64,000 nt of DNA from Schmidtea polychroa (lineage: Eukaryota): NCBI GenBank assembly GCA_044892525.1, contig CM097885.1, positions 265,732,001 through 265,796,000 on the forward strand, given 5' to 3'. The translations under genes and the position numbers were made by a program. The notes below the pieces were generated by a model, which had not been told where the DNA came from, searched no databases, and saw nothing but the letters and a program-made list of their open reading frames with translations. Of the stretch, positions 10,580-19,871 are shown in pieces. Positions within the stretch are counted from its first letter, which is position 1. Each line of letters starts with the position of its first letter.

Positions 10580-11803
10580 TCAAACCAATACTGATCGACT
10601 TGCAGTAATTTGTAATTCTCTTTCGAAAACTCCGTATACTATTACATAAACCGATTCCTCGAGTGATTTATTAAACTTTACACTCAATTTTAAATTTCCT
10701 TGTTGTGGTAATTGACTTTGATTCAAATCAAAATCTGGAGACAAAACAAATGTAAAGAATGGATATTTATCTTTAAAATCTTCAAGTGTAATCCCACAGT
10801 TCATGTTTTTATCCAAATACCCCAGATTTCTCACAATACTTTGCATATACGTTGTAGTATAATCATTTGTGTCAAAGTTTTGTGTATATGTTTCTCGATA
10901 GTCATTATTTTTGGCTAAAGTGATTGATGTAATATCCAAATGTTTAAAGATTGAGCTGGATTCCTTATATGTTCCCTTAAATTGAGATTCAGTTTGAAAT
11001 GCCACTAAAACGAAATTTGGTAATCTTTTGTCAATAAATAATTGTTCCTTGTAAAATGACGATGAACCTTTACTGATTGTAAAGTCGACAGTTTCTTTAC
11101 TTCTAATTGGATATATAGCATTTTTAGAATTTAACCCTATTTGATGCCCTGCTAAAACTGATGGTTCAACTCGAACTCTGCGAATCATTAATTTTGCTTC
11201 CAATACCTTTATCTTTGGTTCATCTGTTAGCGAATGTATACTGAATGATGATGGGTTTCTTTTCAGTGTTACATTAACATTAACTCCTGGAAGTAAATAT
11301 TTTGGTTGATCCATAAAATCTATTTGCAATGACGAACATAGGGAAACTAATTTAGAACCGGCAATTAATGCTGTTCTTTCCTTATCAGATGGAATGTAAC
11401 CCATAGGAGCCAGACAAATGTTTTTACTATCTCCATTATAATTTAAAATAGTTTCAATTAAAGCTTTTTGTGTATATCTTCCGTTTCCACCTTCAATCTT
11501 TTGACTATTGAGTCCAACAATAACATCACTAAAAAGTGTATGGAACAAGTAATTGTTAGCTTTTGCATCTGAAGTAACCGGTAATTCCTTTCCATTATTA
11601 TTTGTAACCTTTAATTTAATGTAGAGTAATGTATCATTCAAATCGAGATATTCAGTATGAGAACCAGTTATTTTGAATTCAATATCGCTTTTATTATCAA
11701 CAATTGAATTAAAGGGGAATACGTCTTCAAATGTCGCATATTCTATAACCGCCTGAGGAGTCGGTCGATCAAAAATACATAATTCAGTTTTTCCACAAAT
11801 CAT
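10580..11803 (-). CDS. Major capsid protein (double jelly-roll, Polinton PY type), 407 aa
   Basis: Polinton MCP N-terminal signature KTELCIFDRPTPQ...FP...IEFKI...YLDLNDTLLYIKLKV; size and position in the morphogenetic cluster. Confidence 0.92.
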   Translation of the reverse strand: MICGKTELCIFDRPTPQAVIEYATFEDVFPFNSIVDNKSDIEFKITGSHTEYLDLNDTLLYIKLKVTNNNGKELPVTSDAKANNYLFHTLFSDVIVGLNSQKIEGGNGRYTQKALIETILNYNGDSKNICLAPMGYIPSDKERTALIAGSKLVSLCSSLQIDFMDQPKYLLPGVNVNVTLKRNPSSFSIHSLTDEPKIKVLEAKLMIRRVRVEPSVLAGHQIGLNSKNAIYPIRSKETVDFTISKGSSSFYKEQLFIDKRLPNFVLVAFQTESQFKGTYKESSSIFKHLDITSITLAKNNDYRETYTQNFDTNDYTTTYMQSIVRNLGYLDKNMNCGITLEDFKDKYPFFTFVLSPDFDLNQSQLPQQGNLKLSVKFNKSLEESVYVIVYGVFERELQITASRSVLV

Positions 11804-12186
11804 TTTTCGAATATAGTTCCACGTCCTGTCATTCGTTTGTTTATATACCTTCGATGTTTTCTTCGCTTAGGCTGTGGTTCAGACTCTTCAGATTCTGATG
11901 CTTCATTTGATCCCATTACATTTGGTAATGAAGAAATCACATCTGGTAATGCCTCTTTGAATTCAGATATGGCATTGGATTTTAAAGATGGTAATATTTT
12001 TGCATTATTCATTATTACATCTTTAGCTGTTTTCATACCAAAATTTCCTATACGTTTAAGAATAGGAAGAGCAAACCGACCAATAGTTTTTAACCATCCG
12101 GATCCATATTGTTTGCCAACAAAATATGGTAATTCGCCACCAGTTTGACTATTGGCATAAAGAGAAACTATATCAGGATTAGACAT
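11800..12186 (-). CDS. Putative virion core/membrane-active protein (PZ-like), 128 aa
   Basis: QTGG, QYGSG and MTGRG glycine motifs, amphipathic GWLKTIGRFALPILKRIG, basic C-terminus; lies between the minor and major capsid genes. Confidence 0.75.
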   Translation of the reverse strand: MSNPDIVSLYANSQTGGELPYFVGKQYGSGWLKTIGRFALPILKRIGNFGMKTAKDVIMNNAKILPSLKSNAISEFKEALPDVISSLPNVMGSNEASESEESEPQPKRRKHRRYINKRMTGRGTIFEK

Positions 12187-13195
12187 CTTGTTTTCTAAAA
12201 TGTAAAGTTACGTGTGTTTTTGAATCGTTTGCAAATCGGATTAAATTTCCGCTATCATCGCGTATATTAATTTCTATATTGTTTATACATGTTCTCCCAA
12301 CTGGTAAATACATAGGATTTTCTATTTGTATTTGCACAACTTCATCTTGCTCATATTTCTTAATCCACACCGCTTTCAGAAGAGGTACCAGTGAATCACC
12401 AACATTTATCGGATCAATAATATCGCTATAGATGAACATTTGTTGATGATGATTAAATATTTTTCCTTTACGAACTCCACCAAATTGTTTGTCATTATAT
12501 AATTGTTTTTGTAATCCAAATGTGTTGACCAAGTTTTTATCAAATATAACTTCTTTAATGTTTTCACCGAGACTGAATTTGAAGACATTTTCATTCAGTT
12601 CAACAGACTTGAAAATATGGGGGCAATTACTTGTTAAATAGTTGGTTAAATCTTCAAGCTTCTTTATGTATAAATCATCAGTAAATGTGAAAACTGAATC
12701 TTGTAAACAATTGTACGTTAACTTCATTCTAATTACATTATTCATAATGCCATCAACATACGGCGGAATTACAATTTGAAATGTATCAGTGTGACTTATA
12801 ATTGTTGGTTCAGGAACTCCTAATCTTTTTACGCTTGCATCTTCAAATGTTATCTCGAATGGATGGTAATCGCAACAAATATTTAAAACTCCCTTGGTAA
12901 TATACATGTAACAATCATTATTTAATTCTTTTATTGTCGTTTCATCATCTTCGGGTTCAATAACATAAAAGCTGCTAACTGATTTCGATGCAATTTCTTT
13001 ATATTCAATCTTAGAATTACTGTAAAATGGAAATGTATTGTACACAAATGTGTAATCAAGCAAAGCAACTTCCCACATGTCATGCAGGTAAATGGGATTT
13101 TGTAACTCAACGATAAATTTACTAGCCTCATTATTCGGATGAATTAATGGACAGCTATTGCTTGGTAAAATAGTGAAAAAATTGTTTCTATTCAT
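12179..13195 (-). CDS. Minor capsid/penton protein (single jelly-roll, PX type), 338 aa
   Basis: FFTILPSNS...NNEASKF.V.L.NPI.L...WEVAL N-terminus and IYSDII...GDS..PLL...IEINIRD..G...LHFR C-terminus. Confidence 0.92.
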   Translation of the reverse strand: MNRNNFFTILPSNSCPLIHPNNEASKFIVELQNPIYLHDMWEVALLDYTFVYNTFPFYSNSKIEYKEIASKSVSSFYVIEPEDDETTIKELNNDCYMYITKGVLNICCDYHPFEITFEDASVKRLGVPEPTIISHTDTFQIVIPPYVDGIMNNVIRMKLTYNCLQDSVFTFTDDLYIKKLEDLTNYLTSNCPHIFKSVELNENVFKFSLGENIKEVIFDKNLVNTFGLQKQLYNDKQFGGVRKGKIFNHHQQMFIYSDIIDPINVGDSLVPLLKAVWIKKYEQDEVVQIQIENPMYLPVGRTCINNIEINIRDDSGNLIRFANDSKTHVTLHFRKQDV

Positions 13196-14211
13196 TCAAT
13201 TTGAGATGCTGATATCCAAGTTGGGTTTTGATATCCATGCCATTTGACGTAATATTGTTTATCCTTACCTTTATATTTTGATTTAAGAATTTTTTCAATT
13301 CTAAAGACAGATGGTGTCGGAATAACTTGCAGTTCCTGTTCGTAAAATTTACCCTGGATTTCATTATTATCAATATCTTTAATAACATACATAACGGGAC
13401 TCTGTTTCGTATTAATCTTCGATATTTGAAAGACTTCGTCACTCCAGTTGTTGTCAAAATTTTTAATGAATGGTGAAGCCGATATTTTACTTATTCTAAC
13501 ATGATCACCAACTTTATATTTAGGTTTCTTAATTTTTGTTACATCTTGTTGTGATAATAATATTTTCATACTATTTTTAGATGTTACATCAATCGGTCTC
13601 ATACCCTTTAGACCTCCATGTTCGGAATGATTGTAACTATGAATTATTTTCGGTAAAACATTTATCCAAGTTTTGTTACCTTGATGTACAAAATATTTTT
13701 TCAATCGATCTCTTAATGTTCTATTAAACCTTTCCACATGAGCAGCTTTGAATTGTGAAAAAACAGAGTAATGATTTATTCCCTTTAGATTTTCTTTAAC
13801 TTTGCTATTATAAAATTCTTTACCCAAATCAGTTTGTAAATTATCTGGTTTACCATTTTTAAACATTGTTTTTATTGCAACAGCCATTTCACTAGCAGAT
13901 TTGGTTTTCAATGGTATAGCTCGAGCAAATCTACTAAAGACATCAATACATGTCAAAATATATTTGTAACCCTTATTAATTTTAGAAAATGGAATCATTT
14001 CCATTAAGTCCATTTGCCATAAATCATTAATACCATATGTTTTATATGCTCTTGTGGGAAACCGTTTCAACATTGGCTTGTTTAAATTGTATGCCAGTTG
14101 ACTCGACAACCATTTTTGAGTCTCCTTTTTTGATTTGGGTACTTTTTTCTTTAACTTTTCGACTCCACCGAAACCGGCTGGATCTTTTGGGTTTGTCCAT
14201 ATCTTCTCCAT
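13192..14211 (-). CDS. int: Retrovirus-like DDE integrase with C-terminal chromodomain, 339 aa
   Basis: WQMDL (D), LQTDLGKEF (D), VERFNRTLR (E); chromodomain FRIEKIL...YYVKWHGY..PTWI. Confidence 0.97.
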   Translation of the reverse strand: MEKIWTNPKDPAGFGGVEKLKKKVPKSKKETQKWLSSQLAYNLNKPMLKRFPTRAYKTYGINDLWQMDLMEMIPFSKINKGYKYILTCIDVFSRFARAIPLKTKSASEMAVAIKTMFKNGKPDNLQTDLGKEFYNSKVKENLKGINHYSVFSQFKAAHVERFNRTLRDRLKKYFVHQGNKTWINVLPKIIHSYNHSEHGGLKGMRPIDVTSKNSMKILLSQQDVTKIKKPKYKVGDHVRISKISASPFIKNFDNNWSDEVFQISKINTKQSPVMYVIKDIDNNEIQGKFYEQELQVIPTPSVFRIEKILKSKYKGKDKQYYVKWHGYQNPTWISASQIE

Positions 14212-14309
14212 TACAACACGATGATTTAAAATTTAGAATAAGGTTTGGTAAATGTCCCATAGGTAATTGACCCATTGTTTATGATGATGATATTAAAATA
14301 ATTCAACGT

Positions 14310-14642
14310 TTATGAAGGCTCACCTAATAAACCAGATCCACCTAATAAAGATAATGCGATTGGTATCAAAGCTGATATAAACCCCCCTTTCTGTTTGTAT
14401 ATAATTTTTCGCATTATACGTTTATTTTTTGTATTTACTAACGATAAAAGTGATTTTTTATGGTTTTGCAATACAAGTTTTTTCGCTTTACTAATGTCAA
14501 CATTGCCACGCACAACATTAACAATAATTTCAAGCAAATCGTCCACAACAAATTGTGGGAATGATTGTAAAATACTTGTTCTTTTCATGAGTGGTGCTTT
14601 TATCAATGCATTAAAATATGGTATACTACGTTGTAATTTCAT
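14310..14642 (-). CDS. Conserved Polinton small core protein (PW-like), 110 aa
   Basis: LLEIIVNVVRGNV...LQNHKKSL...QKGGFISALIP pattern with a QxGG cleavage-type motif before a hydrophobic tail. Confidence 0.75.
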   Translation of the reverse strand: MKLQRSIPYFNALIKAPLMKRTSILQSFPQFVVDDLLEIIVNVVRGNVDISKAKKLVLQNHKKSLLSLVNTKNKRIMRKIIYKQKGGFISALIPIALSLLGGSGLLGEPS

Positions 14643-14675
14643 TATTGAAATTTATTTTTTATCGTTTAACTTTGT

Positions 14676-14846
14676 TTATAATTTAATCCATTTTTTAGGT
14701 GTTTTGATTGATCTTTTCTTCAACGTTTTCTTTACAGATTTCTTTACTATCTTTTTTATAGATTTCTTTACATGTTTCTTTACACGTTTCTTCTTCACTT
14801 TGACTAATTGATTATCATGTTTAATTAAAACTTTCTTGAACCCCAT
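14676..14846 (-). CDS. 56-aa Lys-rich (H1/protamine-like) protein, below the ORF-track cutoff
   Basis: MGFKKVLIKHDNQLVKVKKKRVKKHVKKSIKKIVKKSVKKTLKKRSIKTPKKWIKL*. It fills the gap between the ATPase and PW-like genes on the cassette strand. Confidence 0.75.
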   Translation of the reverse strand: MGFKKVLIKHDNQLVKVKKKRVKKHVKKSIKKIVKKSVKKTLKKRSIKTPKKWIKL

Positions 14847-14870
14847 TTTTTATTATAATAGATTCATAAT

Positions 14871-15494
14871 TTAATTTTGTTTATAAACTGTTACACCATC
14901 TTTATTAAAAATATCTGTCCTAATACGTACATCATCCATGCATTGCTGAGTAAAATCAAAGAATAAATATCCATGGGGTATTTTGGTTGCATCTTGAAAT
15001 GATTCAATTAGAAAGTTACGATTGTTTGGATATGCTTGTCTTGCAATGAAATCAATAACAGTTGCATCCCTCGGATTTTTGAAAATAACAAGATATTGAA
15101 CATTCAAGTTCCGAGTTCGATGACTCCCACCCTGATGAAACAGATTTTGTGTTATAAAAATAACTGTTACACCATGATGTCGAGATATTTTTGTAAATAA
15201 ATTATTAAAATCTTTTTCTTTGTTAGCTTCTTGATATAAATCATCAATAATAATTACATCACCCTGTTGTAATCTAGATGACCAGTTTTTATCAAATCCT
15301 TTTATTATTGTCATTTTTAATTTACAGAATTGTTCTTGCGTCAAACCATGTTCGTCATCAGCACCCCTATGCCAATATATTTTATTGAATTTTGACTTGA
15401 ACATTTTTGATTGTAATAATTTACAAACAAATAAAGTTTTACCACTACCGCTTGGACCTACAATTTGATAAACAGCATCATTTCTTAATTCCAT
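14871..15494 (-). CDS. A32/FtsK-HerA-family genome packaging ATPase, 207 aa
   Basis: Walker A GPSGSGKT, Walker B IIIDD, SRHHGVTVIFITQ, R..LN.QY. Confidence 0.96.
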   Translation of the reverse strand: MELRNDAVYQIVGPSGSGKTLFVCKLLQSKMFKSKFNKIYWHRGADDEHGLTQEQFCKLKMTIIKGFDKNWSSRLQQGDVIIIDDLYQEANKEKDFNNLFTKISRHHGVTVIFITQNLFHQGGSHRTRNLNVQYLVIFKNPRDATVIDFIARQAYPNNRNFLIESFQDATKIPHGYLFFDFTQQCMDDVRIRTDIFNKDGVTVYKQN

Positions 15495-15579
15495 TTTAAA
15501 AAATTAGTTATATATATTAATATTGTTTATATTTGTTTTAATTCATCAGTTTACTTGATGAAAAATTATTTGAAAAAAT

Positions 15580-16044
15580 ATGATTAGTAATATAAATTAT
15601 AAAGGTAGATTTGATGTATCTCATATGGAATTTCCAAAAGGTAAACCACAACAAATTGTTGACAGAAGCGGTAAACATTCAATAATATTTTTCAAGTCAG
15701 GTAAATGTCGAATAATGGGATGTAAAAAATCGATCAAAGTTGAAGATTTAAAATATGAAATCAAGGATTTACAAATTCAATCGATTACAGTTACTGCTGA
15801 TATTGAATCAAATGTTATTTTAAATGATTTATCAAAGTATATGAAATGTATTTACGAACCAGAAATATTTCCGGCATTAAGATATATAAAATACAATCCA
15901 ATGTGTGTTAACATATTCAATAGTGGTAAAGTAGTTATACTCGGTATAAAGACATTGGATTATCATTTACTTGTTTATAAAATTATTAAAGATATTAAAT
16001 CAGTAATTGATGACATGGAATTTTTAAAATTTTTCCTAAACTAA
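15580..16044 (+). CDS. TBP: TATA-binding protein (TBP)-like protein, 154 aa
   Basis: Two TBP repeats: IIFFKSGKCRIMGCK, and IQSITVT...YEPEIFPALRY...VNIFNSGKVVILGIK versus canonical IQNIVGS...YEPELFPGLIY...LIFVSGKVVLTGAK. Confidence 0.9.
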   Translation: MISNINYKGRFDVSHMEFPKGKPQQIVDRSGKHSIIFFKSGKCRIMGCKKSIKVEDLKYEIKDLQIQSITVTADIESNVILNDLSKYMKCIYEPEIFPALRYIKYNPMCVNIFNSGKVVILGIKTLDYHLLVYKIIKDIKSVIDDMEFLKFFLN

Positions 16045-16153
16045 AGTTGCAATCGTCCATGCATGAATCCAATTGGTTGATGGTGTGTATCGAAATAAGT
16101 ATATATATATATATACAATAACACTTTAATCATTTATTAAGTACTAGTTGAGA

Positions 16154-16531
16154 ATGTCAAATTTAACTGTAAATGGTATATTTTGATTATTGCTTTTTAT
16201 ATTTATAATTTTAAATGTTTTAGAAAAAATGATACAGATTCTGATTGGGAAAATGGGGGAATTATATCCGAATATTTTAAAGGATCTAATCTATTGGGCA
16301 CCAGAGATTATTCCATTCAGAATATGGATGTCTACCGGAATAGATTTGAATGTGGTTTTGTTTGATCACTTGAGGACGTTAGAAGACGATCTTGGCCCTG
16401 TTGACAGCAGCAAGCCATCAGTATGCCCATACAAATGCGAAGGATGTATTGATAGAGAGAAGAAGTATAATATATGGATATTAAGGAAAGAGTTGAGAAA
16501 AGCTCACTTTTCATTAATTGTAGATCACTAA
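16154..16531 (+). CDS. ~109-aa unknown protein, predicted two exons (16154-16175, 16224-16531)
   Basis: ATG...AAT G|GTATAT-(48 nt)-TTTTAG|AA AAA ATG gives MSNLTVNEKMIQ in the frame of tracked ORF 16190-16531; contains CPYKCEGC. Confidence 0.65.
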
Positions 16532-16703
16532 TAAATGTTTAGTTATTATAATACAGTGTTTTCTAATTTTATATTGTTACTTGTGATAGTACACTAATTT
16601 TATGTTACATGTATTAGTATAATATTTTTAATATCACACTAATTAGTACACGTTTTAATTAACTAATTTGCAATACATCTGCAATACATATGCAAACCAT
16701 GTA

Positions 16704-16856
16704 TGACTCACATACAAAGGTCACAAATGTAAAGGTCACATACAAAGGTCACACACGAAGGTCAATGACACATGCATGTTGTTTGCAATACAAATGCATT
16801 CATTTGATTGGTTATACACAAGTATAAAAGAGAGATAAAATGACATCATAGTCATT
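16704..16856 (+). promoter_or_regulatory. Predicted Pol II promoter of the TIR gene (mirrored in the left TIR on the minus strand)
   Basis: TGACTCA 16704-16710; AGGTCA x4 (16718, 16733, 16746, 16759); ATTGG 16807-16811; TATAAAAG 16823-16830; TCATT with its A at 16854, 31 nt from the TATA start; ATG at 16868. Confidence 0.65.
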
Positions 16857-16867
16857 ATTTTTAAAAA

Positions 16868-17341
16868 ATGCAATCCAAGAAGAACGTTTTTGGTGAGAAA
16901 ACATTTTCTAATTTATTGAAAGAAACAAGCCCAATTAAGAAAATAACTGAGACGAAGCATGCCAAGAATGATGTGAAACCAGTACAAATGTATCATAACC
17001 ATAAGATATATTTCTTGGTAGACGAAATTCCATATAAATTCTCAAATGCAGTCAAATTGATCAAGTCGCAATATTCAAGTTTCATTGCTCATATAACAAA
17101 AGAAGATGTTGTTGCAGTAAATAAAGTGTTGGGGAAAATCAATAAGAATCTAAGTTGCAATGGAAATATAATCATCAACAATCGAAATTCTCGTTTTCAT
17201 GATGCCTTTGAAGAAATTGAATATAAAGATGGTGAAAGCTGGTTTGTAAATATTTCAATACAGGGATATAAAATGGATGAGAAAGATGTCATATCACCGA
17301 TTTGGAAATTAGATAGTGCTCGAATTTCTCTGGGATTTTAA
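16868..17341 (+). CDS. 157-aa TIR-encoded protein (copy 2)
   Basis: Translation identical to 3622-4095. Confidence 0.8.
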   Translation: MQSKKNVFGEKTFSNLLKETSPIKKITETKHAKNDVKPVQMYHNHKIYFLVDEIPYKFSNAVKLIKSQYSSFIAHITKEDVVAVNKVLGKINKNLSCNGNIIINNRNSRFHDAFEEIEYKDGESWFVNISIQGYKMDEKDVISPIWKLDSARISLGF

Positions 17342-19871
17342 TAAATGTTTAGTTTTTAATACATCTTTTAATATGTCTTTTAATATAATTATTTACTATG
17401 AGTTAAGTATAGATGATTAATTTGTATTTTTTAAAAGTTGAAAATATGTGTGTATGTAAAAGTTGGCTGAAAAATACATTGTTTAAGGTGTTATGATTAT
17501 GAATTTGAAGTAAATATTGATGTCATTTTATAGAGATTAAAATTCTATCTATATATTGTTTGAGTGAAAATATCTCAATTTGTTTAAAAAGATGTGTAAA
17601 TTTAAAAATCGTGTACTAAAAATGAAATTTCAGAATTTTGATTACATCATAGTCTCATTTAACAGAGAATTAAATTTCAAGTATAATGACATAAAAAATT
17701 CTTATAAAAAATTAAAATCAATGACGTAATCGATGTTTTAAAAAAATTTTAAATTATTACGTAATCGATGATTAAAACAAAAAATAAAATTATTACGTAA
17801 TCGATAATTAAAACAAAAATTTAAATTTAAAAAAAAAATANNNNNNNNNNNNNNNNNNNNNNNNNNNNNNNNNNNNNNNNNNNNNNNNNNNNNNNNNNNN
17901 NNNNNNNNNNNNNNNNNNNNNNNNNNNNNNNNNNNNNNNNNNNNNNNNNNNNNNNNNNNNNNNNNNNNNNNNNNNNNNNNNNNNNNNNNNNNNNNNNNNN
18001 NNNNNNNNNTGCACATGGATCTAGAGTGCACATAACTACCTACTATTATATATTCATGCATTGCTAATAATATTTAGAATTTGTGAAAAATGTTATAATG
18101 AAAATGTTTTTTTATTAACAACCTTGCCTTGGCGACGATGCCGTCTGGAAACCCCGAGTGTGATGGGTATGAAAAATATCAAATTTTACAATTATGATAT
18201 GAATTCCAACTATGCCATGACTTCGAAATGCCAGATTTATGCAGTGAGGGAGACGATATGAATTGCGTGCTCAGAGTAGTCACTTAAAGATTACTGTAGA
18301 GACATCAGCTATGGCATCACACTCGGATTTCAAAGGGCATGGTCGCCGGGTAAATTTATTTCATTTATTGTTTAATCATTAAAAGTAGACAATTTATAAC
18401 TACATTGAACATTCTGTAACAATATTTATGTTTTCATAACATTCATTTGATAATACTGTTTCGATTTTCACATTGCTTTATTATTATTGATAGTACACTA
18501 TGCGGTGTACTATGTCTATCAGGACGGTCTAGAGAACAGTCGGTAGGGATACCGGTCGTATCTGGATGGTCCTGGTGAGCGGAAAAGCCACGACTGTATA
18601 ATCCATCGAGTGTAATGGCAAGTGTTTTCATCGAGGAGCGATAGAAGTCGTTTTTCGCGAAAGATTTTGTAAATCCAAACGTCTTCAAATCTCATAGGAT
18701 TCCAGATTTTCTTACTAGACAAATTCCAAGTGATCTAGGAAAATTCCGTTCGATAAATTTGTTTCCGGGGCAGTCGTGGAATTCACCTTCATCGAATTAT
18801 AGAAAATCATCCATCTTTACTTCTTTGATCAGACGATCATTTTCTAATCGACTCGGAGAATCTGTATAATTTACGACCTAAATATTCCCAATGTTTAGTA
18901 ACAGTATTGTTTATAGCGATAGCCCAAATTCGATGTAGATTACGATCTGTAGGCAATAGCATCTCTGAATTCGCAAAGCATCGTCAGCGATTCAGGCACG
19001 ATCGACAACGATTGAATTTCGTCGATAAACAACCAGCTAGTAGAATTCCACTGCACGATTGTAATGAGATTTTCACTAAACAAAGAAGAAGATAATATAA
19101 ACAAATTAGAGCCAACGATCAATAGAATCGATTAAATCCGTCAGACTTGTTTATCCAACAGTATATGTCAATGTAAGCTCTCGTAGTAGACTGGAATTAA
19201 GAGAATCTCCTGGCAAAATGCAAATATTTACACGTCGCAGAATGTTAAGGCTCGGAGATGAATTTACCTAAATCAACTACACATTGACAAATTGAAACGC
19301 TTAACATAAATAATGAAAATTGACGACGAATAATATATCTACTATTGAAATAATTCAACTTAGAATCTCACATGAAAAATTTAGAATTAGTTCTTATTAT
19401 TTAAGTCTAAATATTTCAAAATCTAGAATTGGTTATTATTATTCAAGTACATTCAATACATAAAAACAATTAAAAATCGATTCGTCTAATAAATTAACTA
19501 ATAATGTAGATTTCTAAAGAAAATTTAGGCAAATAATGCAATTGATCAAATTTCACCCTAGTCGTAATCCCAGTGCTATTACGATAATGATTATGATTCC
19601 GAAAATTAAAAGGTTACTGTATGAGGGAAGGAATGCCTCTAAAGTTGAAATTTATACTAGCGGTCAGTGATCGGTCTTATCTACCATAATACGACGATTC
19701 ATTTTCTCTAACTACGTCCTTTTCTATAAATGTGTGAACCCAATCTGCCGCCGAAGGGACTCCAATCCTGTTTCTCTTGCGCAGATAAAAATTCCGATAT
19801 AAAAAAACTCCAAGAACACAATGGCACGCTGAAGAAGCGAATTGAGCATTACGAATGCACATGGTTCTTTC

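Larger units (their letters stand above)
2955..18044. mobile_element. Full-length endogenous Polinton/Maverick (adintovirus-like) dsDNA virus
   Basis: Both ends read AGTAGGTAGTTATGTGCACTCTAGATCCATGTGCA (inverted). 6-bp TSD ATTATA at 2949-2954 and 18045-18050. Contains pPolB, integrase, adenain, MCP, minor capsid and ATPase ORFs with no visible internal stops. Confidence 0.97.
16567..18044 (-). repeat. Right terminal inverted repeat (N gap 17841-18009)
   Basis: Inverse of 2955-4415. Contains three ACGTAATCGAT repeats at a 35-36 bp period (17724, 17759, 17795). Confidence 0.95.

Noticed and set aside
11837-12148. Long antisense ORFs (11837-12148, 14395-14811, 27738-28169, 44837-45604, 53406-53927)
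   Set aside because: They shadow well-supported genes on the opposite strand and show no motifs of their own.
14042-14275. 77-aa basic ORF overlapping the integrase start on the same strand
   Set aside because: It could be an overprinted gene, but there is no homolog or other support in the window.
16718-16764. Short regular repeats as a CRISPR array (also 8673-8805 and 17724-17805)
   Set aside because: No unique spacers of appropriate length, no cas genes, and a eukaryotic context.
18330-18360. GGTCGCCGGGTAAA (also near 60070) as a twister or HDV-like ribozyme
   Set aside because: Only partial word similarity; the required stems and pseudoknots could not be built.
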